From positions 1 through 64,000 of IMG/VR virus record IMGVR_UViG_3300005573_001011: a stretch of DNA of 64,000 bases, one strand, 5' to 3'. A model generated the notes under the pieces. That model worked only from the letters and a program-made list of their open reading frames with translations, was not told where the DNA came from and did no database searches. This DNA is from a virus. Of the stretch, positions 9,713-19,598 are shown one piece after another (positions within the stretch are counted from its first letter, which is position 1; each line of letters starts with the position of its first letter). The translations under genes were made by a program, and so were the position numbers.

Positions 9713-10975
9713 GTGAATTCTCTTTTTAGTGCATCAAAAAGAAGTGTAAGACCTCCAACACTACTTGAGCTACACCAACTAGGATTAGACAAGTCGGTAC
9801 TCGAAGTTAGTAATACACTAGAAGAGCATAGAACGAGAACACCAGCCATGGTAGTTGCTACCTGTAAAAAGTCAGTTGACGTTTCTTTACAGGGAAATGT
9901 TGGGATTACGAGACTAGAGAAAAAGAAAGTTTACGTAATGTCTCTTGGTGTTTTCCTACAGTTATATTATGACCCTGAATACGGTATTCACGTTCTTAAG
10001 CCAGCTAAATTTAAGTTTAAGAAAGCGTATAGACCATATATTGGTCAGGACTTATCTGGAAAAACTCTTCTAGTCTGGAGAACTGGTGGTGTTGGGGATT
10101 TACTATTTATACAACCATCGTTGAGGTACTTAAAAGAAAAGTTTCCGACTTCAAGAATCTTGTTTGCGTGTAATACTGTTTATCATTCTATGGTTGAAAC
10201 TTGGCCATGCGTGGACAAGATTCTTGACTTACCCTTCCAGCATAAGTTCTTGGTCGAGTCTGACTATCATGCAATTTTCGAGGGAGTTATCGAAAGGTGT
10301 AAAGATTCCCAAAGAGTGAATTCGTACGTACTATTCTCAACTTGGTTAGGTCTTGATCTTCCAACTTCGATGCTTGTGCCTAAGCAAGAAGCAAAGCAGA
10401 GTGTAGTTTCCGAATGTAAGTCGATTTTAGGAAAGTTTGACTTAGAAGATAAGAGCTTTATAGCATGTCAGTTGCGAGCTTCGAGCCCGGTGAGAACACC
10501 AAGTTTGGAAGTATGGAAGAGACTTATAGACGAACTGACTGAAAGAGGACACAAAATTGTCATATTCGATGCTCCTCGTATGGATGAAGTTATTACTTCT
10601 TTCATTAGTTCTCTAAAGCACAAAGACAGAGTGGTAAATTTCTGTAGCTATTCTACTTCTTTAGATTATTCGATAGCTCTTATCTCGCTATCGAAGTTAG
10701 TTTTAGCTCCGGACTCAGCTGGGATGCATATTGCAGAAAGCTTAGGTGTTAAGAGTTTCGGAATATATGGGCCGTTTCCCGCTAGAGTTAGACTTTCTAC
10801 TTATAACAACGCTAGTTGGTTCGAGTGCAAAGCTCCTTGTTCACCGTGCTTCTTGCATGGGTCGAACCCTTGCCCGAAAGCTACGAGAGTGCATAGTCCT
10901 TGCTTTGAAAGTCTTGACGAGAAGTTCGTTTCTGACCGGATAGAGGAGCACTTAGGATGTACAAAGTCTTCTTGA
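9713..10975 (+). CDS. GT9-family (heptosyltransferase-like) glycosyltransferase
   Basis: RTGGVGDLL, PDSAGMHIAESLG, GIYGP and a Cys-rich C-terminus CSPC...C...C. Confidence 0.85.
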   Translation: MNSLFSASKRSVRPPTLLELHQLGLDKSVLEVSNTLEEHRTRTPAMVVATCKKSVDVSLQGNVGITRLEKKKVYVMSLGVFLQLYYDPEYGIHVLKPAKFKFKKAYRPYIGQDLSGKTLLVWRTGGVGDLLFIQPSLRYLKEKFPTSRILFACNTVYHSMVETWPCVDKILDLPFQHKFLVESDYHAIFEGVIERCKDSQRVNSYVLFSTWLGLDLPTSMLVPKQEAKQSVVSECKSILGKFDLEDKSFIACQLRASSPVRTPSLEVWKRLIDELTERGHKIVIFDAPRMDEVITSFISSLKHKDRVVNFCSYSTSLDYSIALISLSKLVLAPDSAGMHIAESLGVKSFGIYGPFPARVRLSTYNNASWFECKAPCSPCFLHGSNPCPKATRVHSPCFESLDEKFVSDRIEEHLGCTKSS

Positions 10976-11760
10976 CTGTCCGTAATAGACTTAGCATCAC
11001 TATTAAGTGTATAACTGCACTTGTAAGACACTCAGAGATGCCGTTCCAGCTTTATATTTACGACAATATATCTCATACTATGCTTCGGGAGAGGTTCTTG
11101 TACTACTCGTTACTATACGAAAAAAAGATTGCTACTCAGATTACTATTAATACTGAAGCAAGTACTTTTAACGCTTTTTCTAAAGCCGCATCATGTAATC
11201 AGTTTGGTTATTTGCATGAAGATGACCCTAAGAAAGACCAGTACTCGTTTTTGCTTTTCTTGGACAATGATATGATCGTAACGCCCAAGTTTGACAAAAT
11301 TTTAGAACAAGCGTGGCAAGAAGTTAGTAAAGATCCTTTACTGCAGAGTGTAAGAGTTATAACATACTTGGGAAACGGGACAAAAGCAGTTGAAGAAGTT
11401 CCCCATAAAATCGCTGGATACCGGGCTTTTCTTGGAAAGCTAAGCGGAAGTTCTCTCTGGTGTGTTAAGCCTGACTTTTTCAGGCAAGTTGGTTTTTTAG
11501 ACTTGCGACCTCTGACTGGAAGAAGCAAAGGTCACGATCAGTACTATTGGCCTTTACTCGACCGTTCTTCTAAAGGGAAGAATTACATCCTTGCGTTGCA
11601 AGCAAACTTAGCTATACACACTGGTAAATACGTTGGAAGTGTCTGTAACGCTCTTAGGACAGCTAAAGACATAAAGCGTATAGAATTTAGAGAAGCAGAA
11701 CGTGAAATCGACAAACTAAGTTTTGACGAATTCTACAGGAAAATAACTACGGGTAGTTGA
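10957..11760 (+). CDS. GT2-like glycosyltransferase
   Basis: VFLTVRNR start, YDN, FLDNDM (DxD) motif, VGF...HD. Confidence 0.7.
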   Translation: MYKVFLTVRNRLSITIKCITALVRHSEMPFQLYIYDNISHTMLRERFLYYSLLYEKKIATQITINTEASTFNAFSKAASCNQFGYLHEDDPKKDQYSFLLFLDNDMIVTPKFDKILEQAWQEVSKDPLLQSVRVITYLGNGTKAVEEVPHKIAGYRAFLGKLSGSSLWCVKPDFFRQVGFLDLRPLTGRSKGHDQYYWPLLDRSSKGKNYILALQANLAIHTGKYVGSVCNALRTAKDIKRIEFREAEREIDKLSFDEFYRKITTGS

Positions 11761-12692
11761 AAGTGGATGGCTACGCTTTGTTGGCTGGACCATTTATTGG
11801 AGAATTTGGTTGGGAACTCCTGAGATTTGCTCCCCATGTGTTGTGGAAAAAATTTCACTGCAAAAGTCATGAAGACTTAAACTTGATAGTTTTTACACGA
11901 CCTAGCTCATTCGACTTATATGGATCTCATGCTGCTATTCTCGTTCCTTTTAGACTAGAAGGAGACGGTACTAAGTTTTTCCCAAACTGCTTTCGTTTGG
12001 AAAACTTTCCTGAGGCAACTTTGAGACATTTAACTGAAAGTTTTAAAGAAAAGTACAAGCAACGTTTTCAAGTTATAGAACACATAGTTCCGGACATAAG
12101 TGGCAAGAACTTTGCTTCGAAAACTCAATTTCCATCTAACCAGATGTGCTACGACTTTCAGCCACGAAGAGAAAATGCGACAGCAATAAGTCAGTACAGA
12201 GATAAAAAGGTCGTAGTTCTAGCCCCAAGATTTTCTCTCTACAAAAGGAGGAACTGGTTAGGATGGCAACAGTTGTACGACCTTATTTACGATTCTCTTT
12301 CTAGAGATTTTTTCTTTGTCATTTGTGGGAAGCATCCAGAGTATGTTCCAGATGCAAAAGGTCGTTTTCTAGATATTAACGACTTAGTGACTTCCGATAG
12401 TGTTTCCCACGCTGGTATTACTATCGAATTCTTGAAGACCGCGCTTTTAACAGTTGGATCGCAATCGTCTGTGCCACTTCTTTCTCTCTTACTGAAGACA
12501 CCTTGCTTAATGTGGGGGCACCAACGATACTTACATACTGTTTCGTACAATGTCTTAAAGACGCCAGTAGTTTTTCTTGACGACGAAAACTATACATTAA
12601 GTCCTAAGATTATTTTCGATAAGATAGTAGAAGTTTTATATGAGAGGTTAAAGAATAATGCCAGATTACGTTCTTCAAGAAATGATAGATGA
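11757..12692 (+). CDS. GT-B fold glycosyltransferase-like protein
   Basis: GPFIGEFGWEL N-terminus, RRNW, VGSQSS...SLL C-terminal motif similar to GT9-like proteins. Confidence 0.6.
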   Translation: MKVDGYALLAGPFIGEFGWELLRFAPHVLWKKFHCKSHEDLNLIVFTRPSSFDLYGSHAAILVPFRLEGDGTKFFPNCFRLENFPEATLRHLTESFKEKYKQRFQVIEHIVPDISGKNFASKTQFPSNQMCYDFQPRRENATAISQYRDKKVVVLAPRFSLYKRRNWLGWQQLYDLIYDSLSRDFFFVICGKHPEYVPDAKGRFLDINDLVTSDSVSHAGITIEFLKTALLTVGSQSSVPLLSLLLKTPCLMWGHQRYLHTVSYNVLKTPVVFLDDENYTLSPKIIFDKIVEVLYERLKNNARLRSSRNDR

Positions 12693-13164
12693 ATCTGAGC
12701 TTCAAGCAGAGGAAATTAGCAAACAGATCGAACAACTAGATGACCAGATTGCTAGCTTGCAAGAAAAGATTAGTCACATTCGAACTTCAATGCTAGACGT
12801 AATAGCCGAAGACTTGAGAGTATACTTAGAAACTGTAAAGTTAGAGCAAGTTAGTGGTTACGAAGTAGTTTTTGGCCCCGAATACAACGTGACTAATGTT
12901 ACTGACTGGTATATAGACTCTACATCTGGTGAGATAATCTACGAGTACGATAGTACTGGGTGGGACTATGACCCTTATATAATAAAGTGGGTTGAGGACT
13001 GGAACTGGGGGTATGACTATCTTTACCATGAGCCATCTTCTAGTGGAACGTACGGTTTGCAGCCGAGGCTTAACCAATTACTTATAGCTAAGAATGTGCA
13101 GCTGGGTAATAAGCTGAAACTAGCCCAGTCAGAAGAACATATGCAAGATTATGCAACCAGGTGA
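12658..13164 (+). CDS. Hypothetical protein (coiled coil, acidic; possible virion protein)
   Basis: 168-aa ORF with N-terminal heptad pattern and DST motifs. Confidence 0.6.
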   Translation: MPDYVLQEMIDESELQAEEISKQIEQLDDQIASLQEKISHIRTSMLDVIAEDLRVYLETVKLEQVSGYEVVFGPEYNVTNVTDWYIDSTSGEIIYEYDSTGWDYDPYIIKWVEDWNWGYDYLYHEPSSSGTYGLQPRLNQLLIAKNVQLGNKLKLAQSEEHMQDYATR

Positions 13165-13657
13165 AGAACTATATCGTGAGTGGCTAAAAAAATGTACGAG
13201 CTACAAAGATGTAACTGACTGGTTAGCTCGCAACTTTATCTATAGCCAAGCAAGACTTTATTTATCCCAGCTTAGAGTTAAGCAAAAGTTGTTTCGTCTA
13301 ACTTCTTTCTATCCTTGGGAAACATTTATACTAAAAAGCGGGATTTGCTTTGACGCTTCTGTTTTTTGCAAGTACTCGCTTAACGAGATTGACAAAAGCT
13401 ACCAGGCAGAACTGATTTATATTCTTATCGAGAAAGACGTAATGTCTCACTACACTTGTGGTTTTTTCTTAGACTCTAAGCTATTTGTCGCGGACTATGG
13501 TACTACGTGCTTAACAACAAAAGGTACTAGTGGGCCGTTTTCTTCGCTAGACGAGTATGTAAACGATTTCTTTCTCAAAAGACACACAAGCTTCAATAAA
13601 GCCCAAGCATATCATTTTGGTTGGCCAGCTTGGAGAAAGTGTACGGAAATCTTTTGA
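13151..13657 (+). CDS. Transglutaminase-like Cys-His-Asp protein
   Basis: GICFDAS, SHYTC and VADYG give catalytic-triad spacing. Confidence 0.65.
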   Translation: MQPGEELYREWLKKCTSYKDVTDWLARNFIYSQARLYLSQLRVKQKLFRLTSFYPWETFILKSGICFDASVFCKYSLNEIDKSYQAELIYILIEKDVMSHYTCGFFLDSKLFVADYGTTCLTTKGTSGPFSSLDEYVNDFFLKRHTSFNKAQAYHFGWPAWRKCTEIF

Positions 13658-13676
13658 GAAGAAAAGGAGCATAGAT

Positions 13677-13985
13677 ATGCCAGCTGGAGCAGTTCTTTCT
13701 TCGTCAATAAGAGGTATTTGTTGTTGTCATTCTGACCCAGATTGCATAGAAGTCAATGGAACATTAATTAGTGGTTCTTCTGACGTGTCATTTGGTGGTT
13801 CCCCAGCAGCTAGAGTTGGCGATCTGGCGATCGGAGATTGTGGGCACTTTGGAATGGTTGGAAGCGGTTCAACTAGCGTTCTTTGCAACGGAATGCCCAC
13901 AGCGGTATCGGGTGTGTCTGTTATTTTGCCTTTGTGCATAACAGGTTTGGTCACTTCTGGCTGTGAATCCGTTTCAATATTGTAA
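13677..13985 (+). CDS. PAAR-repeat spike tip protein (T4 gp5.4-like)
   Basis: PAARVGD, CGH, GSTSVLCNGMPTA. Confidence 0.85.
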   Translation: MPAGAVLSSSIRGICCCHSDPDCIEVNGTLISGSSDVSFGGSPAARVGDLAIGDCGHFGMVGSGSTSVLCNGMPTAVSGVSVILPLCITGLVTSGCESVSIL

Positions 13986-14001
13986 GAGAAAGGAGAAAAA
14001 A

Positions 14002-14229
14002 ATGGAAGATAAGAAAATAAAATTAGATGTCGATGTTTCGTCCTTACCGACTGTTTCTTGTAAGCGGTGTAAGGGAATTTTCTTTAGAGATGCTCTAATA
14101 GTAAAAAGAGTTTCCCCACTTGTTTCACCAGATGGCAAAGAAGCTTTTATTCCAATTCCAGTTTTGCTATGTGTTTCTTGCGGTGAACCTCTTAACGCGG
14201 TTGGGGAAAAGAAAGACCTGACAAACTAG
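14002..14229 (+). CDS. Small Zn-ribbon protein
   Basis: CKRC...CVSC, with AAGGAG RBS. Confidence 0.75.
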   Translation: MEDKKIKLDVDVSSLPTVSCKRCKGIFFRDALIVKRVSPLVSPDGKEAFIPIPVLLCVSCGEPLNAVGEKKDLTN

Positions 14230-14240
14230 TGAGGTTCGTT

Positions 14241-15233
14241 ATGAGAATTCTCTTTAACTTGCTTGGCACAGGCCTGGGTAATAACGGAGGTTCTCTAACA
14301 ATTGTAAAGTCTGCAAATACTCTGGCTAAGTTAGGGCATGACGTCAAAGTTATAGATGGCGGACCTAATAAAATGACTTGGGTGAAACTCGAAGTTCCGC
14401 ATGTTATAGTAAGAGACATAGCAGAAATTCCGGATGCAGATGTCATTGTCGGAACTGGCATTAATAGCTTGCTTTCAACAGAGCTTTGCAAAGTAAAGAG
14501 AAAAGTAATGTGGATTCGTGGATGGGAGTTATGGAAAGTTTCGACTGAAGAAAATCTTGCTTTAATGTTGCAAAGTAGCAAAACTGTGAAAGTTGTCAAT
14601 AGTTTGTGCTTACGCAAAAAGCTAGCGTCGTTTGGCATAGAGAGTACAATTATTAGGCCTGGTTTTGACTTTGACGAGATCTTCCCACTGGATATAAGGA
14701 AAGATCACTACCCAACTGTCGTTATTGGTGGTCTGTACAATCAAGGTAGTAAAAGAAAGACAAAAAGAACTGAGTGGATATTCCAAACGTATGCGGCTCT
14801 AAGAAGTAGTAATCTTACAGTAGAACTTGCTATGTTTGGCTCGGAAGGCACGCCATCGTTTAGTTCTAGTTTCGTATTCTTACGAAACCCGACTACTGCC
14901 CAGAAAAACGTCTTGTATAATAGAGTTGACATATGGCTTGCTCCTTCTGAGCTTGAAGGATTGCATGTAGCTCCAGGCGAAGCAATGTTAACTGGATGCC
15001 CAGTTGTTTCTACTGCTGCGGAGATGTCTGGAACCCAAGATTATCTAGTAGACAGAGTAACTGGCTTAGTTTCTTTAAACGACTTAGATGACTTTATTTA
15101 CTGTGTAAAAGAATTAGCGCAAGATCCTGTAATGAGGCAAGAGCTTGGCCGCAATGCAATCGACAAAGTTCGGAGTCTTGGAAGTAGAGAAGAAAATATG
15201 AAAAAGTTTGCACAACTTCTGGAGGAACTGTGA
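14241..15233 (+). CDS. GT4-family glycosyltransferase
   Basis: NGGS N-terminus and PSELEGLHVAPGEAMLTGCPVV (EX7E). Confidence 0.85.
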   Translation: MRILFNLLGTGLGNNGGSLTIVKSANTLAKLGHDVKVIDGGPNKMTWVKLEVPHVIVRDIAEIPDADVIVGTGINSLLSTELCKVKRKVMWIRGWELWKVSTEENLALMLQSSKTVKVVNSLCLRKKLASFGIESTIIRPGFDFDEIFPLDIRKDHYPTVVIGGLYNQGSKRKTKRTEWIFQTYAALRSSNLTVELAMFGSEGTPSFSSSFVFLRNPTTAQKNVLYNRVDIWLAPSELEGLHVAPGEAMLTGCPVVSTAAEMSGTQDYLVDRVTGLVSLNDLDDFIYCVKELAQDPVMRQELGRNAIDKVRSLGSREENMKKFAQLLEEL

Positions 15234-15234
15234 G

Positions 15235-16071
15235 TTGAAGTTAGACGTTGAAGTTGCTTCTGTTGAAACAGTAATGCTCAAACTTAAGACATGTATTCAG
15301 AGGAAGCTGCCCTTTTCGCTTATAAGATTTGGTGATGGAGGTCTCAAGTTAATCTATTACTTTCTAGTTAAAGAAAAGCTTCTTTTAGAAGAGATTGGAG
15401 CAAAAGAAGGAATACCTCCAGACAAGTTTCCAGAAGTATTGCGAGAGTGGACAAGAGGAGCTAATGCTGCGGACTTTATAGATACGCCAGCAGTTTACTT
15501 CAATAAGAGTTTCTGGCCCAGAGTTAGAAAAAGTATTACACCTATAAAGCCAGAAACAGCCAAACTCCTGCTTTTATGGTATGAACTGTACTGCGCTATT
15601 GGCATTAGAAATGAAAGCTATTGTAATCCGGAAGTCAATTTTTTGTCGTGCTTAAGGGAGCTAGGCGATAATAGTTTGCCGTCAGTAATTTCTAAATTAA
15701 AAACGCTGTTGTGTATTACCACTTACGACAGAAATGCATTGTCTGCTAAATTTGGATTTTTAGAGTTAGATGCTATAACTGTACCACTACAGTACCAAAA
15801 TCACTATAAGATATTTAATGAGACTATGGAACAAATAAGAAAAAGAGCCAGTTGCGATCTATGTCTTGTAGCGGCTGGTGAGCTTGGAAGAATTTATACA
15901 AGCGAAATAAAGAGAGTTGGTGGAAGAGCTTTTGACATTGGTTCTCTAGTAGATTACTGGATGACTGGTGATATTCCAGTTCGTCTACAGCCGTTTATCC
16001 AAAGAGATACAGACTTGTTCGTAAAGTTCACTCCGCTCGGTAGAACGTACGCTAGTGTTTTGAGAGGATAA
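15235..16071 (+). CDS. GT-D fold (DUF1792-like) glycosyltransferase
   Basis: PFSLIRFGDG N-terminus and LVAAG...AFDIGS C-terminus. Confidence 0.75.
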   Translation: MKLDVEVASVETVMLKLKTCIQRKLPFSLIRFGDGGLKLIYYFLVKEKLLLEEIGAKEGIPPDKFPEVLREWTRGANAADFIDTPAVYFNKSFWPRVRKSITPIKPETAKLLLLWYELYCAIGIRNESYCNPEVNFLSCLRELGDNSLPSVISKLKTLLCITTYDRNALSAKFGFLELDAITVPLQYQNHYKIFNETMEQIRKRASCDLCLVAAGELGRIYTSEIKRVGGRAFDIGSLVDYWMTGDIPVRLQPFIQRDTDLFVKFTPLGRTYASVLRG

Positions 16072-16076
16072 CTTAT

Positions 16077-16772
16077 ATGTCTTTTCCAAGGCACCCACAA
16101 GAGATTGTTTTACGTAATGACTTTTATCCTAGAGGTCTTAAAGAGATCGACATCTATAACTACTACATGAAAGTAAAAGATAAAATACTACAACAGGTAG
16201 CTGGTAGAGACTTGTTTTTTGTAGTAGCAATCGACGAAAATAGAACGATAATTTTTAGACACGGCCAGATGACAAGGTTCTTAAGATTAAATAGCAGCAA
16301 CTACGAAAGAGTAATACATGGTAGAGTTGTTGGTATACATTCTACAATGCATAGACTAGAAGACATCGCTATCGTAGATGTCGATACTCTTGATTTTTCG
16401 CAAGCGAAACAAGCAGCTCTTGATACTTATAACTTCCTGAAAAAACTTCCTCGTATTTCGAACGTTACAATACGGTTCACTGGAAAAACTGGTTTTCATG
16501 TTTTTTGTGAGTTAGATAAGAAATACGATATAGATGCTACTCGAAACTGGCTAAATAGAGAACTGGAAGCAAGCGAGCTATCTGAAGCTTACAGTATAAA
16601 TGCAAAGAAAAGAATTCCTGGAGTAACAAATCTAGACTTAGCTCCGAACAAGTTTAGAGGTGGATTTATAACACTGTATTCTCTAAGTTCGTGGGGTTTA
16701 CGTTGTCTTCCTCTTATGCCTAAACAACTTCCACTATTTAGACGCGAAGACGCTAAGATAGAGGTCAGTTAA
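16077..16772 (+). CDS. AEP primase-polymerase (LigD-Pol/Prim-PolC-like)
   Basis: DIYNYY, motif I VDVD, motif II TGKTGFHV, motif III NLD, YSL. Confidence 0.75.
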   Translation: MSFPRHPQEIVLRNDFYPRGLKEIDIYNYYMKVKDKILQQVAGRDLFFVVAIDENRTIIFRHGQMTRFLRLNSSNYERVIHGRVVGIHSTMHRLEDIAIVDVDTLDFSQAKQAALDTYNFLKKLPRISNVTIRFTGKTGFHVFCELDKKYDIDATRNWLNRELEASELSEAYSINAKKRIPGVTNLDLAPNKFRGGFITLYSLSSWGLRCLPLMPKQLPLFRREDAKIEVS

Positions 16773-16773
16773 A

Positions 16774-17811
16774 ATGGAAAACTATGCGTTAGCATGGAAA
16801 AAACAGATGAACTTCAAACAATCTGCTTACGACGAATTTGTGGAAGCCTTCCAGAAAATTCCTCCATCGTTCTTCAGCCAAAAAGTTGACGGGATTCTTG
16901 GTGCTCTTGTTTGGAAAAGAGGAAGCTTGCCGTATTTCGTTACTGTCAATAATATAAAAGTTACTGACTTACCTGTCTTGTACGAGTACGACAAGATATT
17001 AAGAAGTATTCCAAACTTGGACTCCGCAGTTGTCGTAGGTGAGCTAGTAGCAATGAAAGCTGGAACTATTCTTCCGTTCCCACAAACAAGTAGTGTTGTG
17101 AGGACTGCTTATAGGGAGGAAAACAAGCCGTATATTTACCACTGGTTGTTTGATGTTTACTCCTTAAATGGCAAGAGAATTAAGAACTACGAAGAAGCGG
17201 TTAGCTTTATTAATAACTACTTTCGCAAGAGTTCGCTAAAGATTCGAATCCCGAAAATTGTTCGAGGAGACATACGAGTTTTCGAGAAACTCTTCGAGGA
17301 GACTGTATCTAAACAGGGCTTCGAGGGAGTTGTGGCGAGACTACCAAATAGAAACTATAAAGTAAAGAAGTCGTTTACTGCGGACTTGGCAGTAATTGGA
17401 TTTGGTAGTACGAAGATGCCAGCTTGGAGGAAAAAACAAATCTCGTACTTAATTACAGCTTTTATTGCTAAAGACAGGACTTATAGAGTGTCGTCTAAAG
17501 TCGGAAGTGGTTTTACTGAATCCGAGCGTTCAGAACTGTTCGAGTACTGTAATGCTAACAATGCTGGTGTTTTCTCCGAAGCAACTGGTGACTTCTTCGT
17601 TAAGCCTGGCTTAATTGTTGAAGTAAAGTTCGATAGGTTTAGAGTCAAGGTCACTAAAGCTTTCTCGTATAGCAAAGGAAAGTACAACTTCGTTGGGGAG
17701 AAGCCTTCTGTATCTTTAGACTTACCGAGGTTTATTAGAATTAGGACGGATAAGAGACCTACTCCCTACGACGTAAGACTTTCTCAAATCCCTGGTTGGG
17801 TAGGCGATTAG
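16774..17811 (+). CDS. lig: ATP-dependent DNA ligase
   Basis: Motif I SQKVDG, GEL, LFDV, EGVV, KVK, VGSGF, PRFIRIRTDK. Confidence 0.9.
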   Translation: MENYALAWKKQMNFKQSAYDEFVEAFQKIPPSFFSQKVDGILGALVWKRGSLPYFVTVNNIKVTDLPVLYEYDKILRSIPNLDSAVVVGELVAMKAGTILPFPQTSSVVRTAYREENKPYIYHWLFDVYSLNGKRIKNYEEAVSFINNYFRKSSLKIRIPKIVRGDIRVFEKLFEETVSKQGFEGVVARLPNRNYKVKKSFTADLAVIGFGSTKMPAWRKKQISYLITAFIAKDRTYRVSSKVGSGFTESERSELFEYCNANNAGVFSEATGDFFVKPGLIVEVKFDRFRVKVTKAFSYSKGKYNFVGEKPSVSLDLPRFIRIRTDKRPTPYDVRLSQIPGWVGD

Positions 17812-17819
17812 GAGGTCTC

Positions 17820-18854
17820 TTGAAACGGTTCTGGTTGTTTAGAACAAATTTACGAATCTATGAAAGCTACCATTCTTGTAAGACTCTAGAAAGTTTTAGA
17901 GAGAACTGTTGGGACTTCTACTTGCTAATGGCTTTATGGTTTCTAGAGAATAACTACTTCGATGAAGTCACTATCTGGCGACTATGCTCGAGTAGTCCAA
18001 GTGAAACTATCTTCGAAGTGAATGGAAAAAAATTTATACAAAAATTTGTCAGTTCTTTTGACTCATGCTTTTCTTTTCCTCCTCCTGATGTTTCCTTCTT
18101 TAGAGGGGGTTTCGAAGAGTATGACGATCTACTGAAAACGAATGCCTCCTTTTTTGGTCTAAAGCTCTACCACGGAGCTGGAAGAAGAGCTGTCCCAAAG
18201 AATGATCTTTATGACCTTGTTCTTGTTGAGTCTAAAAGCGATATAGTTAACAGTAAGTGCATTCCTTTTTATAAGACTGCAAGCCCAACTTTTTTTAAGC
18301 CCCTTTCCCAGACTAAAGAATACGATATATGCTTTCCCTGCAATTTCACTCAACTTAAGTATAAAGGACAAGACTTCTTTATTTATGCCTTATCTAAGTC
18401 GAAGTTTTTGAAATCGTTGCGTATAGTACATGTTGGAAATAAGCCAGAGCTTGGCGAGCAGTTGAGTAGAATGTATGGAATTCGAAATATAGAGTTTCTA
18501 GGCTACAAGCGGCGAGATGAGTTGAATCAAATTCTTTCGAAAAGTCGATTCGGGTTAGTCTGCTCTAATGAGCTAGATGGTTCGCCAAGAGTTATAACTG
18601 AGATTCTTTGTAGTGGAACACCTCTTATCCTTAGAGAAAAAACCAAGTGCTTAGACTACTACAAGGAGACTGGTGGTATCGTTACATTTCAAGACTCCAA
18701 ACTGGATGAAGTTTGTAAATTGGCTTTTTCTAGAGAAGAAACAGTAAGAAATTTGCTATTGTCTAACTTAGAGAAACTCTCGCTAGAGACTATCTGTAGA
18801 ATGAACATTGAAGCATGGCAAAAAAAAGTGAGAGAGGGTTGCTCTCACTTTTAA
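17820..18854 (+). CDS. GT-B (GT4-like) glycosyltransferase
   Basis: KGQ, DGSPRVITEILCSGTP. TTG start after GGAGG. Confidence 0.75.
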   Translation: MKRFWLFRTNLRIYESYHSCKTLESFRENCWDFYLLMALWFLENNYFDEVTIWRLCSSSPSETIFEVNGKKFIQKFVSSFDSCFSFPPPDVSFFRGGFEEYDDLLKTNASFFGLKLYHGAGRRAVPKNDLYDLVLVESKSDIVNSKCIPFYKTASPTFFKPLSQTKEYDICFPCNFTQLKYKGQDFFIYALSKSKFLKSLRIVHVGNKPELGEQLSRMYGIRNIEFLGYKRRDELNQILSKSRFGLVCSNELDGSPRVITEILCSGTPLILREKTKCLDYYKETGGIVTFQDSKLDEVCKLAFSREETVRNLLLSNLEKLSLETICRMNIEAWQKKVREGCSHF

Positions 18855-18857
18855 GTC

Positions 18858-19202
18858 TTACGTCAAGAAGAGTTTTTCTCTGACTTTTCTTATGTGTGTT
18901 GCGACTTTTAGCATGGCTTGTCGCTCAGCTTCTGGTAGACCCAACAAGTAAAGGAAAGAAGTGTTAGCGAGCAATCTGGAAATACATCTCTCTAAGTCTT
19001 TTTTTGCTGACTCAAAATCGATAGCATCTTCTTTCGACTCTATCCTGTTTTGTTCCAGCTCAGCACAAAGAGCGTTAGCTTCGTCCAGGTCTGGAAGAGC
19101 TTCTTGAACTTCGGCACAACTTACGTTTCTGTACTTAGTACTATACAAGAGAACTCCAATAAGAAGCTCAATTGGTGTATCTTGAAATACTTCTATAAGC
19201 AT
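18858..19202 (-). CDS. Hypothetical protein
   Basis: AAGGAG RBS and upstream TATATATATTT motif. Confidence 0.65.
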   Translation of the reverse strand: MLIEVFQDTPIELLIGVLLYSTKYRNVSCAEVQEALPDLDEANALCAELEQNRIESKEDAIDFESAKKDLERCISRLLANTSFLYLLGLPEAERQAMLKVATHIRKVREKLFLT

Positions 19203-19361
19203 TTTCTAGTATCTCCTTTCTTTGAAAAAAGAGTTTTTCCTTTTCTGTTTTCTCAAAAAGAAATATATATGTCGTACTATTTTTAAAAATAAAGTTTTAC
19301 TTTTCGTCTTGTTGTGCTTAAGAAAAAAAAGAGAAGCGTTGCCGCCTCTCTTCTCTTGCTT

Positions 19362-19502
19362 TTAGTTGCTCTTTTTCAGTTCTTCTTCTCTCTGAAGAGC
19401 AATCTCTCTGTTCTTTTTCTTACGATAGAGAAATCTAGCAACTAATCCGATAACTACAGCTATTCCTGCACCTGTTGCATACATTATTCTTTTTTTGTCC
19501 AT
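19362..19502 (-). CDS. Small single-TM protein (46 aa), not in ORF track
   Basis: Hand-translated MDKKRIMYATGAGIAVVIGLVARFLYRKKKNREIALQREEELKKSN. AAGGAGG RBS, upstream motif, downstream hairpin. Confidence 0.7.
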   Translation of the reverse strand: MDKKRIMYATGAGIAVVIGLVARFLYRKKKNREIALQREEELKKSN

Positions 19503-19537
19503 ATTTGACCTCCTTTTTTTATTTAGATTTCAAGAAG

Positions 19538-19569
19538 AAATATATATAGCTTCAGCAGTATATATATTA
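19538..19569. promoter_or_regulatory. Divergent pair of TATATATAT promoter-like motifs
   Basis: The minus copy (19538-19550) precedes the 19502 start. The plus copy (19559-19569) precedes queC. Confidence 0.55.
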
Positions 19570-19598
19570 TTATTTAGTAAAGTAGAAAGGAGAGATAG

